Assembly: GCA_011065125.1 (NCBI GenBank)
Contig: JAAKFI010000001.1
Span: 25,964-89,963 of the forward strand
Length of the DNA stretch: 64,000 bases
Origin: Candidatus Anoxychlamydiales bacterium
Lineage (GTDB): Bacteria > Chlamydiota > Chlamydiia > Chlamydiales > SM23-39
Reading direction: 5' to 3'
The notes beneath the pieces are model-generated. The model had not been told where the DNA came from, searched no databases, and saw only the letters and a program-made list of their open reading frames with translations. Position numbers and translations under genes: made by a program. Positions 10,650-22,559 of this stretch are shown one piece after another (the stretch's first letter is position 1; every line of letters begins with the position of its first letter).

Positions 10650-12410
10650 ATGTCAGGATTTTTAAGTTCTATAAGAAATTTATTTGGGGGAACACAAACT
10701 CCCCAGGTGCAAGATGATTTAACAGATCCAGCAGCAGTAGCAGGAGTCGCTCAAAACACAACTTTAGAAAAAACAGAAAGAGCGGCTGAAGAAGTTATTA
10801 GAAGAGTGCCATCTGAAGCTGAAGCTAGTGATTCAGGTGATGAGGTATTTTATGAGGCTGTTGAATCCCCTCCTCAATCCCCTAGATATCAAGGAAGCTC
10901 TGCTTCAGAAGGGTCTAGTGTTCTATCATCTTTAGATAATGTAATGCCACCCCCTCCTGGATTTGTTTTAGCAGACCAATCATATAGAGATGAAATCAAA
11001 GACTTTTTAAGTGAATTGCCAAACTTAAACGATGAAAATAGACAAAAGCTTACTGACTTATACATTAAATATAGAGACCTTTATAAAGAATATATTGATA
11101 TTGATGATGAAGATGAGCAAATAATCACTCCAAAACAGTTATTTGATCTAATTATTTCTTTAGATGAAAGGCTTGAACTATCAAAAATTCAACTCCCTAT
11201 TGAAAAAAGAAATATAACAAAAGAAGAAGCAGATAATATATTAGATCATATTGTTTACAATTCTTTAAGATATAGAAAAGAATATACAGATAAAACTCCT
11301 GAAAACTCTCAAGACAGACAAAAAATTCTTCAAGAAGTTACAGAGCATTTAAATAACTATTATGATGTTGCATATGAAGAATATAAAGAGCAAAGAAAAT
11401 TATTTATAAATATAATTAATAATATTCTATTAAAAGATCCATCTTTAAAAGAAATAACTTTAGAAAAATTCAAAGCACATGATTTAAATCCTGATCAGAT
11501 TGATGAAAAAGTAAGTAACGAACTTCTTTTAGAAATAATTGAAAAAGTAGTTATTGATACGTTTGAAGAATTAAAGCATTGTGATTTAGATTCGCAAAAA
11601 ACAATGCTTAGAAAAATAATGGAAATTCAACGAGAATTTTTAAAATATAGAATAGCTAGTAAAGAACATAGAGAATATTTAAAAGGTTTTGAAAATGAAG
11701 ATGTTCAAGGATACTTTGCAGATAAACTTGAAGAGTTACAAAGTTTAAGATCGCAGTATGTTTATCAAGAATTTGATAGATTTGATGAGAATAAACTTAA
11801 CGTATCTGAGGATTTTAAATTAAAAAGTGAAGAAGAAATAGTCTTTGAAAAAGAAGCCGGAGAAAAAACTCCATTAGTTGAAAGCTTCAATCATTATCAA
11901 GCATCATTTGATAAAGTAGTAGAAACAATATTAGAAAAAATACAAGCAAAATCTTCAAGATTAGAAACAGTGAAAGAAAAAGAACTTGATGAAGACTTAA
12001 TAATCAGACAAAGATTATTACAAGCTGTCACTATTTTAAAAAACCTTGAAAAAGATGCATTATTACAATCAGCTATTGCTGAAGCAGCTAAGGAATATGG
12101 TATTGAGAGTTTTGATAAAATAGAAACTCAAAAGCTTAAAAATGAAGATTTAATAAGAATAATATCTTCAGTTTTTTTAAAATTACTAAAAATTACCAAT
12201 GAAAAATTAAAACAAGAATCTACTCAAATGGGAGTTAAAACAATTCTTAAAAATCAAACTATCCCAAACATTGAAAAATTAATCGAAACATTAGACTTAG
12301 AAAAAACAACAAATCTTAATAAAGATTCGACACAAGTTAAAAAAACAGATGAGTTAAAGTCATTGTTAGAAATGCTTAAAAAAAGTTATATAAAAAAAAT
12401 AGCTTATTAA
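10650..12410 (+). CDS. Orphan protein with disordered acidic Ser/Pro N-terminus and helical C-terminus (candidate secreted effector)
   Basis: 586 aa ORF with RBS-like AAGGT; first ~105 aa low complexity; no family recognised. Confidence 0.75.
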   Translation: MSGFLSSIRNLFGGTQTPQVQDDLTDPAAVAGVAQNTTLEKTERAAEEVIRRVPSEAEASDSGDEVFYEAVESPPQSPRYQGSSASEGSSVLSSLDNVMPPPPGFVLADQSYRDEIKDFLSELPNLNDENRQKLTDLYIKYRDLYKEYIDIDDEDEQIITPKQLFDLIISLDERLELSKIQLPIEKRNITKEEADNILDHIVYNSLRYRKEYTDKTPENSQDRQKILQEVTEHLNNYYDVAYEEYKEQRKLFINIINNILLKDPSLKEITLEKFKAHDLNPDQIDEKVSNELLLEIIEKVVIDTFEELKHCDLDSQKTMLRKIMEIQREFLKYRIASKEHREYLKGFENEDVQGYFADKLEELQSLRSQYVYQEFDRFDENKLNVSEDFKLKSEEEIVFEKEAGEKTPLVESFNHYQASFDKVVETILEKIQAKSSRLETVKEKELDEDLIIRQRLLQAVTILKNLEKDALLQSAIAEAAKEYGIESFDKIETQKLKNEDLIRIISSVFLKLLKITNEKLKQESTQMGVKTILKNQTIPNIEKLIETLDLEKTTNLNKDSTQVKKTDELKSLLEMLKKSYIKKIAY

Positions 12411-12497
12411 CATTTTATAAGTTTTAGAAAATTTTTATTTTTTTTAAAATTAATTTATTTACAATTAGATTTTTGTATACTTAAAAAAGCATGTTTA

Positions 12498-12914
12498 ATG
12501 AAAAATAATTACTGTCCTTGCCATAGTAAAAAATTATATAAAAATTGCTGCAAAACTTATCATGAAGGGACTTTAGCAAAAAATGCACTTCAACTAATGA
12601 GATCTAGATATTCAGCTTATGCATTAAATTTAGTCGATTATATTATTAAAACAACATCTTTAGAGAACCCTTCATATAAAGTAGATCTAAAAAAATTCTC
12701 AGAAGAAGTTTTAGAATTTTGCTTGAAAACTAAATTTGAAGATTTAAAAATTTTAGATTTTTTTGAGAAAGAAAATTTTGCTACAGTGACTTTTAAGGCT
12801 TACCTTTTTCAAAACAATCAAGATATTTCGTTTGTAGAAAAAAGCTATTTTGAAAAAGTTAATAATAGATGGCTTTATAAATATGGTGAAATTATTAAAG
12901 ACATCCCTTTTTAA
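12498..12914 (+). CDS. ychJ: YchJ/UPF0225 family protein with N-terminal SEC-C motif
   Basis: CPCHSKKLYKNCC, LMRSRYSAY, EKSYF...WLY. Confidence 0.92.
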   Translation: MKNNYCPCHSKKLYKNCCKTYHEGTLAKNALQLMRSRYSAYALNLVDYIIKTTSLENPSYKVDLKKFSEEVLEFCLKTKFEDLKILDFFEKENFATVTFKAYLFQNNQDISFVEKSYFEKVNNRWLYKYGEIIKDIPF

Positions 12915-12953
12915 AAATTTAATTAAGAATTTTTATATAAAACTAATACTAAA

Positions 12954-13598
12954 TTAAACCATCTCTAAAGCATTAGAAGTGCCTATTCTAGAAGCTCCAG
13001 CTGTTATCATAAGCTCTGCCTCCTTTAATGTTTTTATTCCACCTGATGCTTTTACGCCCATTTGTCCATTTACTATTTTTTGAAGTAAAAATACATCTTG
13101 CACATTAGCTCCAGCTTCCGCAAAACCAGTTGATGTTTTTACAAATTTAGCTTTTGCTATTTTAGAAAGTGCGCAAGCTATTATTTTCTCATCATAGTTT
13201 AAATAACAAGTCTCTATTATAACTTTAACAGGGATAGAAGATGCATTTTCTACAACTTCTTTTATACCTTTATATACTTTGTTATAATCTTTATCTTTTA
13301 ATGCAAGCACATCAATTACCATATCTATTTCATCAGCACCTAGATCTTTTGCTATTTTTGCTTTTTTACCTTTTTCAATAGGATCACTATCCCCACTTGG
13401 AAAGTCAATTACCGTTATGATTTTTGTTTTATTATCTTTTAAGTATTCTTTTGCTTTTTTTATATATTCTGGATAGATGCATATCCCAAAAAAATTATGT
13501 TTGATTGCATCTAAACATAGTTTTTTAATGTCTTCATCTTTTAGGTTTTTTTTTAAAAGTGTATATTCTAAATACTTTGATATATTGTCCACTGTCAA
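12954..13598 (-). CDS. deoC: Deoxyribose-phosphate aldolase
   Basis: GADEIDMV, KVIIET, FVKTSTGF, VKASGGI, GASRIGTS. Confidence 0.97.
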   Translation of the reverse strand: MTVDNISKYLEYTLLKKNLKDEDIKKLCLDAIKHNFFGICIYPEYIKKAKEYLKDNKTKIITVIDFPSGDSDPIEKGKKAKIAKDLGADEIDMVIDVLALKDKDYNKVYKGIKEVVENASSIPVKVIIETCYLNYDEKIIACALSKIAKAKFVKTSTGFAEAGANVQDVFLLQKIVNGQMGVKASGGIKTLKEAELMITAGASRIGTSNALEMV

Positions 13599-14968
13599 AC
13601 CATTTTTTTAGGATCTACTATAGCATCAAATGTTTTTTCATCTATAAAATTTAATTTAATAGAGGCCTCTTTTAGTGATATTTCTTCACTATTAGCTAAA
13701 TTTACAATTTTAGCTGTTTTATCATATCCAATTTTTTTACTAAGAGCAGTAGATAGCATAAGTGAGTTGTTCAAGTTTTTTTCAATTTGTTTTATGTTTG
13801 GTATAATTTTTAAAAGTAAGTTATTTAAAAAGCTATCCATCATTTCGCTTAAAAGATTGATAGAATCTAACAAAGAATAAATCATTAAGGGTCTGTTTGT
13901 ATTTAATTGAAAATGAGAAGTAGAATTACAAAGGGTGATAGCAAGATCGTTAGACATTACTTTAATAGATACCATACGAAGAGCTTCTAATTGCGTTGGA
14001 TTTATTTTACCAGGCATTATAGAGGAACCTGGTTCATTTTTTGGAAGTATTAGTTCATTTAATCCAGCTCTTGGTCCTGATGCTAAAAATGATAAATCAT
14101 TTGATAGTTTCATGAAAATAGTTGAGAGAGTTTTTAAACAAGCACTTACTTGAACTATTTCATCATTAGAGGAAATAGATGAAAAAAAGTTTTTAGATAC
14201 TTTAAAGTTTTCTTTTGTAATATTTGAGATTTCATCTATTACTAGCTTTGAAAAATTTTTATGAGAATTTATACCAGTACCAACTGCTGTAGCTCCAAGT
14301 GGTAAGTACTTTAATTTTTCTAAAAAAAAATCAATATCATTTGTTATGTTTTCAATCTGAGATCTATAAGAAGATAGCTCTTGAGAAAGTTTAATGGGAA
14401 CTGCATCCATCAAATGAGTTCTAGCTATTTTTATAATATTTTCAAACTCTTTTTCTTTTATTAAAAAACCCTTAATTAAATTTTTTAAAGAAACAAGTAG
14501 TTTGTTTTTTATTAGAAAATACGAAGAAATATGCATAGCTGATGGAAAAGTATCGTTAGAAGATTGCGATAAATTAACATCATCATTTGGATGAAGAGGG
14601 ATTTTAGATCCAAGTATATTTTTTGTTTTTATAGAAGCAATATTTGCTATCACTTCATTTACATTCATATTTGTATGAGTGCCAGATCCTGTTTGAAAAA
14701 TCCTAAGAGGAAAATGATCATCATATTTTTTATCTAAAATCTCATTTGCTATTTCAACTATTAAATCTTTTTTTTCTTCAGATAAAAGATTTAATTTATA
14801 ATTTGCTATAGCTGACGCTTTTTTTATTATTGCAAAAGAATGAATAATGTCTATTGGCATAATATTACCAATAGACATTAAATTTTTGGATCTTTGTGTT
14901 ATAGATCCATAAAATTTATCATCATCTATCTCTATTACACCTAGACTATCTTCTTCTTTTCTTTTCAT
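13595..14968 (-). CDS. fumC: Class II fumarate hydratase
   Basis: FQTGSGT, HPNDDVNLSQSSNDTFP, RTHLMDA, GSSIMPGKINPTQ signature. Confidence 0.93.
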   Translation of the reverse strand: MKRKEEDSLGVIEIDDDKFYGSITQRSKNLMSIGNIMPIDIIHSFAIIKKASAIANYKLNLLSEEKKDLIVEIANEILDKKYDDHFPLRIFQTGSGTHTNMNVNEVIANIASIKTKNILGSKIPLHPNDDVNLSQSSNDTFPSAMHISSYFLIKNKLLVSLKNLIKGFLIKEKEFENIIKIARTHLMDAVPIKLSQELSSYRSQIENITNDIDFFLEKLKYLPLGATAVGTGINSHKNFSKLVIDEISNITKENFKVSKNFFSSISSNDEIVQVSACLKTLSTIFMKLSNDLSFLASGPRAGLNELILPKNEPGSSIMPGKINPTQLEALRMVSIKVMSNDLAITLCNSTSHFQLNTNRPLMIYSLLDSINLLSEMMDSFLNNLLLKIIPNIKQIEKNLNNSLMLSTALSKKIGYDKTAKIVNLANSEEISLKEASIKLNFIDEKTFDAIVDPKKMV

Positions 14969-14973
14969 GGCTT

Positions 14974-15396
14974 TTATAAAAGAAGCAATGCAAAAACAAA
15001 TGCAAAAAGTGCAAAAGATTCAATTATGCCAAGAGATGCTAAACATTTTCCAAAAATAGCTGGTTGTTTTGCTGATGCTTGGATTGCTGTAGCTGCAGCT
15101 TTTCCTTGATAAATTGCAGATAGCATTATAGCAAGCCCCGCAAAAATAGCGATACCTACAGCTGACATTTGAGATACTGTATTTGCTTTTAGAGCATTTC
15201 TCATAAGGATCATTAATACAAATCCATAAATAGACTGAGAAGATGGCATTGCAGAAATACCAATATATTTACCATGACCTTCATCTACGTGGGTCATAAC
15301 ACCATGAGATGCCATACCAGCGATACCGCATCCAATTGCGCTACCAATACATCCAAGACCTAAAACAATCCCTGGACCAAACATTAAAAAATCCAT
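14974..15396 (-). CDS. atpK: V/A-type ATP synthase subunit K (c)
   Basis: Four-helix proteolipid; PSSQSIYG, YQG, IIESFALF. Confidence 0.95.
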   Translation of the reverse strand: MDFLMFGPGIVLGLGCIGSAIGCGIAGMASHGVMTHVDEGHGKYIGISAMPSSQSIYGFVLMILMRNALKANTVSQMSAVGIAIFAGLAIMLSAIYQGKAAATAIQASAKQPAIFGKCLASLGIIESFALFAFVFALLLL

Positions 15397-15411
15397 AAAA
15401 ATTCCTCTCTT

Positions 15412-17316
15412 TTATTTTAATAATTTTAAAGGGTTAAATAATTTACCATCACCAATAAATGAATAGTGATACCATTCAATAAAATTCAAACGAAGTCCAT
15501 GTATAACTCCCCCCATTATTGCAAGAAGCACATTTATTGCGTGACCAAATATTACTATTATAAATCCAAATTTCAGCCCAACGCTTACACCAAGTGAATT
15601 AAAAGTATTTGCCATTATCATACCGGCTAAACCAAGAGCATATAAACGTAGATAACTCATTACATCTGAAAATATTTGAATTACATTTGTTATTTCAAAA
15701 ATACCTAAAATCTTTTTTCTAAAAATTGCAATAGAGACAGCTAATATAATTCCAGAAAAAGTTAAATATTTACCTATGAAAAAAGCGTTTTGTTTAGAAA
15801 TAACATTTAAAAAATTAAAAATTGAAGTTGCATCTAACATTTTTGGGAAAAATAAATATCCACCAATTAAAAAAACTACCCATCCAATATTTGCTAAATT
15901 TCTTTTTGTATATCTTAAAAGAGAAAGTGCTAAATGAATAACTCCGGCTAGTATTGAAAGCTCTAATAAAATATTGTCTTTAAAAACATCTAGAGCTTCA
16001 AATTTTTCGCTTCCATCTTGCATTTTTTTAGCTTTCATTAAAAATTCCTTGCCAGTTTTAGAATTTCTAATAGAAGGGTATTTTTTAATATAAATATCAT
16101 ATACATCATCTTTTTTATTTAAATGATAGCTAGCTTTTTTAGATGCTAGATAATTTAAAAAAATCTTTTTAGAAATTGGTTTTTTATAATTTAAATCCAT
16201 GCCAAAAAAAGAACCTGTTAACACACCGTATGCCATACACGCAGTGGATAGAATAAAAACAAGTTTTGTAAATCTCTTTAGTAGTGGTTTTTTATTTTTA
16301 ATTTTAAATTTTAAAAATAAAAATATTAAAAAATATATAAGACCATACCCAGCGTCAGATACAATCATTGCAAAAAATATAACAAATGCTACTAAAACCC
16401 ACATTGATGGATCTGCATCTTCAAAAGACGGGGTATCATAAATATTTACAAGATCCTCTCCAACTTTTGAAAACCCTTTGTTTTCTAAATAAGTTGGAAC
16501 TCTATCATTTTTTTCTATTGAGATTTCAGAAAAATCTACCATCATTTTTTTAGTTAAAATTTTAAGCTCTTCAATTTTATTTTCAGGAATAAAAGCTTCT
16601 ATTGTAAAAAGCTTATCTTCTGCTTTAGATAAACTTTTATTTTTACTTATATCTAAATTATAAATGTTAAGTTCATGGAGTAGATTATTTTTTAAATGAT
16701 CTAAATATTTAGCTAAATCTTTTAGTTCTTTTATTAAATTTTCTTCTCTTAGTGTTATTACAGATAGTTTATCTTTAAGAGCATCTAAAGATACATCTAT
16801 TGTAATTTCAATCATTTTAGGATAGTTTTTTTTCTCTTTATTTATTGCTACAAAATAATCTAATTCAAATTGTGAGCCTATGTAGATAAGCTCTGGATCT
16901 AATTTTAATTTTTCTCTTTTAGAACTTTTAATACATAAAAATTGAAATAACCTATGCGATTTATCTTCTATTTCATTTAAGTATTCTTTATTAAAAGAAC
17001 CAAAAGGAGTAATTCTTTGTATTTCTGATAATAAATATCTTTTTTCTTCTTCAATTTCTTCTATTAATTGCTCTACTTCAAGTGTTTTTTTTACTACAAC
17101 TTTACTAGAGGTTTTATTTTTAGTTTGCTCTATTACAGGTTGTTTTTTTAAGATTTTTATAGCAGAGATATAATCCTTAATATTTTCAGATAATATATTT
17201 ATTTTTTTCTTTTTTGAAATAAATTCAATAAATCCTTTTTCTTGAGCAGTTTTAAAAAAAACATCCAATTGGTCTTTTATTCCGTAAATTAAAAATTTTT
17301 TAACATTTATTATCAT
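15412..17316 (-). CDS. atpI: V/A-type ATP synthase subunit I (a)
   Basis: DAGYG, SDVMSYLRLYALGLA, HGLRLNFIEWY. Confidence 0.96.
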   Translation of the reverse strand: MIINVKKFLIYGIKDQLDVFFKTAQEKGFIEFISKKKKINILSENIKDYISAIKILKKQPVIEQTKNKTSSKVVVKKTLEVEQLIEEIEEEKRYLLSEIQRITPFGSFNKEYLNEIEDKSHRLFQFLCIKSSKREKLKLDPELIYIGSQFELDYFVAINKEKKNYPKMIEITIDVSLDALKDKLSVITLREENLIKELKDLAKYLDHLKNNLLHELNIYNLDISKNKSLSKAEDKLFTIEAFIPENKIEELKILTKKMMVDFSEISIEKNDRVPTYLENKGFSKVGEDLVNIYDTPSFEDADPSMWVLVAFVIFFAMIVSDAGYGLIYFLIFLFLKFKIKNKKPLLKRFTKLVFILSTACMAYGVLTGSFFGMDLNYKKPISKKIFLNYLASKKASYHLNKKDDVYDIYIKKYPSIRNSKTGKEFLMKAKKMQDGSEKFEALDVFKDNILLELSILAGVIHLALSLLRYTKRNLANIGWVVFLIGGYLFFPKMLDATSIFNFLNVISKQNAFFIGKYLTFSGIILAVSIAIFRKKILGIFEITNVIQIFSDVMSYLRLYALGLAGMIMANTFNSLGVSVGLKFGFIIVIFGHAINVLLAIMGGVIHGLRLNFIEWYHYSFIGDGKLFNPLKLLK

Positions 17317-17924
17317 AGTTTTTGCTTTGCTTTTTCAATTTTTAGTTTTGCAACTTTAGCTTGAGATATAGCTGCAAGCTCCTGATCCGATAAAAAAATC
17401 TTTATTTTTTTTATATTCTTTAAAGTTTTAGGAATTAATATTTTTTCAAATAAATTAACTCTTATAGACACATCAATTAATTCTTTTTTTAGAGCCCTAT
17501 ATTTTTCTTTTTCAATATTTATTTTTTCTTTTAATTCTATTAACTCTTTTAATTTTTCAATTATGCTGTCTGTCCAAGGTGATGAATCAAATAAAAAATA
17601 ATCTAACTTAGAAAAAAGTATTTTTTGAAATTTAGCAAGTTCTACTCCAGCTATATTTTCATATGTTTTATCAATATGCTTAATCTCTAAATATTTAGTT
17701 GGATCTATTTCGAAATCTAATGACAAAAGATGGCTATATTCATATATTTCTTCTTTTTTTTTATTAAAAGAATCCAATAGTGTATTTATTTGTGCTTTTG
17801 AATTATTTACTTCTACTTGAAGAAGAGTTTTTTTTAATTGAAGCGTTGGCAAGTAATTATTGAGCTGCTTCAATAAAAGTTCTTGGGATCTAAGCCCATT
17901 TTTTGTCATTTTAAAATCAGCCAT
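17313..17924 (-). CDS. atpD: V/A-type ATP synthase subunit D
   Basis: [21 protein letters not shown]; start moved to the ATG at 17924 (MADF). Confidence 0.95.
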   Translation of the reverse strand: MADFKMTKNGLRSQELLLKQLNNYLPTLQLKKTLLQVEVNNSKAQINTLLDSFNKKKEEIYEYSHLLSLDFEIDPTKYLEIKHIDKTYENIAGVELAKFQKILFSKLDYFLFDSSPWTDSIIEKLKELIELKEKINIEKEKYRALKKELIDVSIRVNLFEKILIPKTLKNIKKIKIFLSDQELAAISQAKVAKLKIEKAKQKL

Positions 17925-19230
17925 AAACTTTCTCTTTAGGCCAGTATTTATCAACAAAATCTTTTTTCATAGAAACTTCCTTAGAGGTAAAGCAATCTGA
18001 TAAAATTGTCCATCCAAGATCTAAGGCTTCTTCAATAGGTATATTTACAGATAAATTCATCATTCTTTTTTCAAAAAGTTCATTATATCTTAAAAGTTTT
18101 TCATCCCAAGCAGATAATTTAAAACCCATTGATTGTCTTTCTTTTGCTTTTTTAGAATCTGCAAATAATCTAATCATAGTATTTGCAAGATCAGAATGAT
18201 CTTCTCTTGTAACTTTTCCAATCACATTTTGTTTTAATCTAGAAAGTGATCCAAATGGATCTATATATCCATCATGCAAATAAAACTGTCCTTCTGTAAT
18301 ATATCCCGTATTATCAGGGATTGGATGCGTTACATCCCCTCCTGGCATCGTCGTAACTGATACTATTGTAATAGAACCTCCCCCTTCAATATCAACTGCT
18401 TTTTCATATCTTGCAGCTAACTCTGAGTATAAAGACCCTGGATAGCCTCTATTTGAAGGTATTTGATCCATTGTAATAGAAATCTCTTTGATAGCATCCG
18501 CATAAGCGCTCATGTCTGTTAAAAGAACTAAAACGTCTTTTCCTTCTATTGCAAATTTTTCAGCAGTTGCTAGCGCCATATCAGGAACTAGTAAACATTC
18601 AACAACAGGATCTGTTGCCTTATGTATGAAAAGAATTGTTTTATCTAAAACACCAGAGCTTTGAGCGTTATCAACAAACTTTATATAATCATCGAATCTA
18701 AGTCCCATACCGCCAATAATTACACAACTTGCATCCGTTTGATTTGCGATTCTCATTAATAGTTCATTGTAAGGTTCGCCTGGAATTGAAAAAATTGGTA
18801 TTTTTTGTGATTTTACAAGACAGTTGAAAACATCAATCATAGGAATATTAGTTCTAATTATATCTCTTGGAATAATTCTTTTAACAGGATTGAATGATGG
18901 GGTATTTATATTTATTTTCTCCCCTAGAATTTCCGGACCTCCATCTATTGGCTCTCCACTTCCAGATAAACATCTACCAAGCAAAGAATCACTAAATGTA
19001 GCTTGCATCTCTCTATTTAAAAAAGTTACTTTGTCCCCTGTTGAAATACCCCTCAGGCTTTCAAAAACTTGAATAGTTACAATATCTTCATCTATTTTTA
19101 AAACGGTGCCATTGGTATGAGAACCATTAGATTTATAAATTTTTACAAGTTCATTGAGTCCTACGTTTTCTGCTCTAACAGAAATTAAACTTCCTCTCAT
19201 ATCTAAAATGCGATCAAAAACCTTAATCAT
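17917..19230 (-). CDS. atpB: V/A-type ATP synthase subunit B
   Basis: [32 protein letters not shown]. Confidence 0.97.
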   Translation of the reverse strand: MIKVFDRILDMRGSLISVRAENVGLNELVKIYKSNGSHTNGTVLKIDEDIVTIQVFESLRGISTGDKVTFLNREMQATFSDSLLGRCLSGSGEPIDGGPEILGEKININTPSFNPVKRIIPRDIIRTNIPMIDVFNCLVKSQKIPIFSIPGEPYNELLMRIANQTDASCVIIGGMGLRFDDYIKFVDNAQSSGVLDKTILFIHKATDPVVECLLVPDMALATAEKFAIEGKDVLVLLTDMSAYADAIKEISITMDQIPSNRGYPGSLYSELAARYEKAVDIEGGGSITIVSVTTMPGGDVTHPIPDNTGYITEGQFYLHDGYIDPFGSLSRLKQNVIGKVTREDHSDLANTMIRLFADSKKAKERQSMGFKLSAWDEKLLRYNELFEKRMMNLSVNIPIEEALDLGWTILSDCFTSKEVSMKKDFVDKYWPKEKVYG

Positions 19231-21008
19231 ACATTAGCCTTCTTAGTATAAATTTTATCTTTAATTATTTTATAAGTTTCTTTGTAAGCAGATGTTTCAA
19301 AATCTATATAATTTAAATTTTTAATATCATTTTGAAGATCTAAGAAAAAAGATCTAGCTTCATCATGCATAGTAAATGAAAAGTTAAAAGCAAATATTTC
19401 ACAAAGCAGGGAAAAAAGTTCAATTTGTCTATTTATTGGACAGTAAGTATCTACTTTATCAAATGAATTTTGTTGCAGATAACAATTATCAAAAAGTTCT
19501 GATTTTAAATAAGTTATCATATCATTAATCGATATACCCTCTTCTCCTACAACTTCCATCCTTTTTAAAATATCATCGCCTTCTTTAATAAATCTTTTAG
19601 TCATATTTATTTTCCCTAAAAAATCATCTAATTTTTCATTTAATGTTTTAGATGCAGTTACCAAATATTTCGTCCAAGAGATTAATGGATCTATTGCAGG
19701 ATATCTTCTAGCATCTGATCTTTGTCTTGAAAGTCCCCAAAATGCCCCAACAACAGCAAGCGTTGCTTGAGTTACTGGTTCTTCAAAATTCCCACCAGCA
19801 GGTGATACAGCTCCACCTATTGTTAAAGATCCTGTTTTATTATTTTTTAATTTAAGAGTTCCAGCTCTTTCATAAAAAGATGCTATTCTAGATGCTAGAT
19901 ATGCTGGAAAAGCTTCTTCTCCTGGTATTTCTTCTAATCTACCAGACATCTCTCTCATAGCTTGAGCCCATCTTGACGTAGAATCTGCTAAAACTAAAAC
20001 ATTAAGCCCCATTTGTCTATAATATTCAGCTATTGTAACAGCCATATATACAGATGCTTCTCTTGCAGCTACTGGCATAGAAGAAGTATTGCAAATAATT
20101 ACTGTTCTATTAATTAAAGGCTCATTGGTTTTATTATCTATTAAAGCAGGGAAATCTCTTAAAATTTCTACCACTTCACCAGCTCTTTCTCCACATGCAG
20201 CTACAATTACTATATCTACATCGCTATATTTAGCTAAGTGATGTTGCAAAACTGTTTTCCCGGCACCAAATGGACCTGGAGTACAAAAAGTAGATCCTTT
20301 TAAAATAGGAAATTGGGTATCTAATATTCTCATCCCTGTTACCAGCATTTCTGTTGGTATAGTTTTTTTACCTTCCATTAATCCATTTTTTACAGGCCAT
20401 TTTTGTAGCATTGTAAATTCATATTCCCTGCCTTCTTCATCTTTAGCTTTAGCTATTACCTCTTCTATTGTATAACTACCAGATTCTTTAACATATGTGA
20501 TTGTAAACTTTTGTATATATTTAAATGGAACCATAATTTGATGGTTAAAATGACTCTCAGTAACTTCTCCTAAAGTATCACCTTTGAAAACAATATCATT
20601 TATTTTAACTTTTGGAGTGTAGTTCCATTTTTTTGTTCTATCAAGTGGTGGTATGTACAATCCTCTAGATAAAAAATAACCTGAATTTTTAGCTATTTTT
20701 TCAAGTGGGTTTTGAAGACCATCGAATATTGAAGTAATAAGACCTGGACCTAATTCTGCTTCTAATAAATGACCTAAAAATTCAACAGGTGTATTTAATT
20801 TGACTCCTTTTGTATCTTCAAAAACTTGAACTTTTGCAATAAAACCATTAATTTCTATAACTTCAGCAGAAAAAGATTTATCATCTACTTGAATAAAACA
20901 AACTTCTCCTTGGCAGATATTTCCTTCAAATTCAACATGTAAAAGATTTCCAAATGCTTTTTTTACATAACCTATTGCTTTATTATTTTTCATATTTTCA
21001 TCCTTCAA
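19227..21008 (-). CDS. atpA: V/A-type ATP synthase subunit A
   Basis: [37 protein letters not shown]; true start probably ATG at 20993. Confidence 0.98.
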   Translation of the reverse strand: MKDENMKNNKAIGYVKKAFGNLLHVEFEGNICQGEVCFIQVDDKSFSAEVIEINGFIAKVQVFEDTKGVKLNTPVEFLGHLLEAELGPGLITSIFDGLQNPLEKIAKNSGYFLSRGLYIPPLDRTKKWNYTPKVKINDIVFKGDTLGEVTESHFNHQIMVPFKYIQKFTITYVKESGSYTIEEVIAKAKDEEGREYEFTMLQKWPVKNGLMEGKKTIPTEMLVTGMRILDTQFPILKGSTFCTPGPFGAGKTVLQHHLAKYSDVDIVIVAACGERAGEVVEILRDFPALIDNKTNEPLINRTVIICNTSSMPVAAREASVYMAVTIAEYYRQMGLNVLVLADSTSRWAQAMREMSGRLEEIPGEEAFPAYLASRIASFYERAGTLKLKNNKTGSLTIGGAVSPAGGNFEEPVTQATLAVVGAFWGLSRQRSDARRYPAIDPLISWTKYLVTASKTLNEKLDDFLGKINMTKRFIKEGDDILKRMEVVGEEGISINDMITYLKSELFDNCYLQQNSFDKVDTYCPINRQIELFSLLCEIFAFNFSFTMHDEARSFFLDLQNDIKNLNYIDFETSAYKETYKIIKDKIYTKKANV

Positions 21009-21771
21009 TTAATGAGTCTAATTTCTCTTTGCCTTTTTCTACATTTAAACTTTGATAATCTTCTATTAATAAAAGCTGCGCAAAATATGCAAGTATTTGA
21101 TCAATTGTAAATGGTTTATCATCCATCATCTTATCAATTTCATTAAACTGATATTGCAAAAGCAAAAAATGTAAATTTTTAGGGTCGTTTTTATTATTCA
21201 AATATATTTTTTTTAACTCTTCATATTCCATTGGCACTTGTAATTCAGGGCTATCTTTTTGTGCTAAAATATATTCTACAAAATTACTTGTTAAATCTTC
21301 GAATTCCAGCTCTTTTACAATATCCTTATTTAAATTTTTAGCTCTAAGAGCAGTTAAAATTAATCGGTACTCTCGAATAAATGAAAAATATTTTTTTAAA
21401 AATCCATTTGAATTATTTATTACATAATTAAAAAAATTAGCAGTTAAGTAGCAAAAGTTTTTAAGTCTTGCTTCACTACTTTCATATTTTTGCATATATT
21501 CAAATACAAAATCATATAAGACATCTTGAATTAACATTTGATCTTTTAATTCATTTTCATTTAAATTTCCTCTATGATCAATCTCTTTATTTTGCCATAT
21601 TTTCCTTAAATTCATAATATCTATAAAAGTTCGAAAAGCATTTATTTTATTCAGATCAGATTGAGATAAATTTAATTCAAGGAGTCTTATTACTTCATCG
21701 AATATAATATCCGCTCTTTGAGTAAATGAAAGTTTTGGAAGGGATGTTATTACAAAATAATACTTAAACAT
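20998..21771 (-). CDS. DUF2764 family protein (putative V-ATPase subunit C)
   Basis: YYFVITSLPKL N-terminus; position between subunits E and A. Confidence 0.85.
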   Translation of the reverse strand: MFKYYFVITSLPKLSFTQRADIIFDEVIRLLELNLSQSDLNKINAFRTFIDIMNLRKIWQNKEIDHRGNLNENELKDQMLIQDVLYDFVFEYMQKYESSEARLKNFCYLTANFFNYVINNSNGFLKKYFSFIREYRLILTALRAKNLNKDIVKELEFEDLTSNFVEYILAQKDSPELQVPMEYEELKKIYLNNKNDPKNLHFLLLQYQFNEIDKMMDDKPFTIDQILAYFAQLLLIEDYQSLNVEKGKEKLDSLIEG

Positions 21772-21773
21772 AA

Positions 21774-22400
21774 TTAAACATTAAAAATTTTTTCTCTAAA
21801 ATCAGATCTAATATAATTGGCAATAAGTTCTTTTAAAGCTTTATTAGACATATCTATTGTAATTTCATTTTCATGAAGTTTAATTTTAGCTCCTCCTTCA
21901 AAGTCAGACAATATTACTTCTTTTTCTCTCAACTTATCTTTGATATGCGCTATTAAAAAATCATTTACAGCTTTAGGATTGGTGTATTTTGGGATATATG
22001 CAGAAATATCTACATCCAAACCTTCTTCTTCAATTATTTTAATAATTATATTGATTAAATTAGCTATGATTTTTGGCTCTTTAGTATTTTCAATAATTAG
22101 ATCTTTTAGATTTTTATTAAAAAGTTCTTTTTCAATTTTTTGCTTTAAATCATCAAAACCTTGCCTTGCTGCTAAATTCAAAGCAGAATCAAATATCTTC
22201 TTTTCTTTTTCTATTTCTTTTTTAGCATCATTTATAATTTTTTCACTTTCAATATTTGCTTTTTTAATAATACTTTTCGACTCTATTTTAGCATTTTCAA
22301 TAATCTTTAAAGCTTGTTGCTTTGCTGGATCTAAAGTCTCTTTTTTTATTACATCGCAAATTTTTTGAATCTTATCATCCCCTTTTAGCAAATCTTTCAT
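21774..22400 (-). CDS. atpE: V/A-type ATP synthase subunit E
   Basis: DKIQKICD...LDPAKQQA coiled coil; first gene of the operon. Confidence 0.92.
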   Translation of the reverse strand: MKDLLKGDDKIQKICDVIKKETLDPAKQQALKIIENAKIESKSIIKKANIESEKIINDAKKEIEKEKKIFDSALNLAARQGFDDLKQKIEKELFNKNLKDLIIENTKEPKIIANLINIIIKIIEEEGLDVDISAYIPKYTNPKAVNDFLIAHIKDKLREKEVILSDFEGGAKIKLHENEITIDMSNKALKELIANYIRSDFREKIFNV

Positions 22401-22559
22401 AAAATCCTTAAATTATTATATTGATAACTGCCTCATTATACATAATAACTATATTAAATGAAAACTCTATTGAAATGAAAGAATCAAAAAAAAAATTGAA
22501 AAATAACTTTGCAAAAAACTTTTTTTCTAATAAATTATTGAATAAAAAAAAATAAGCTT

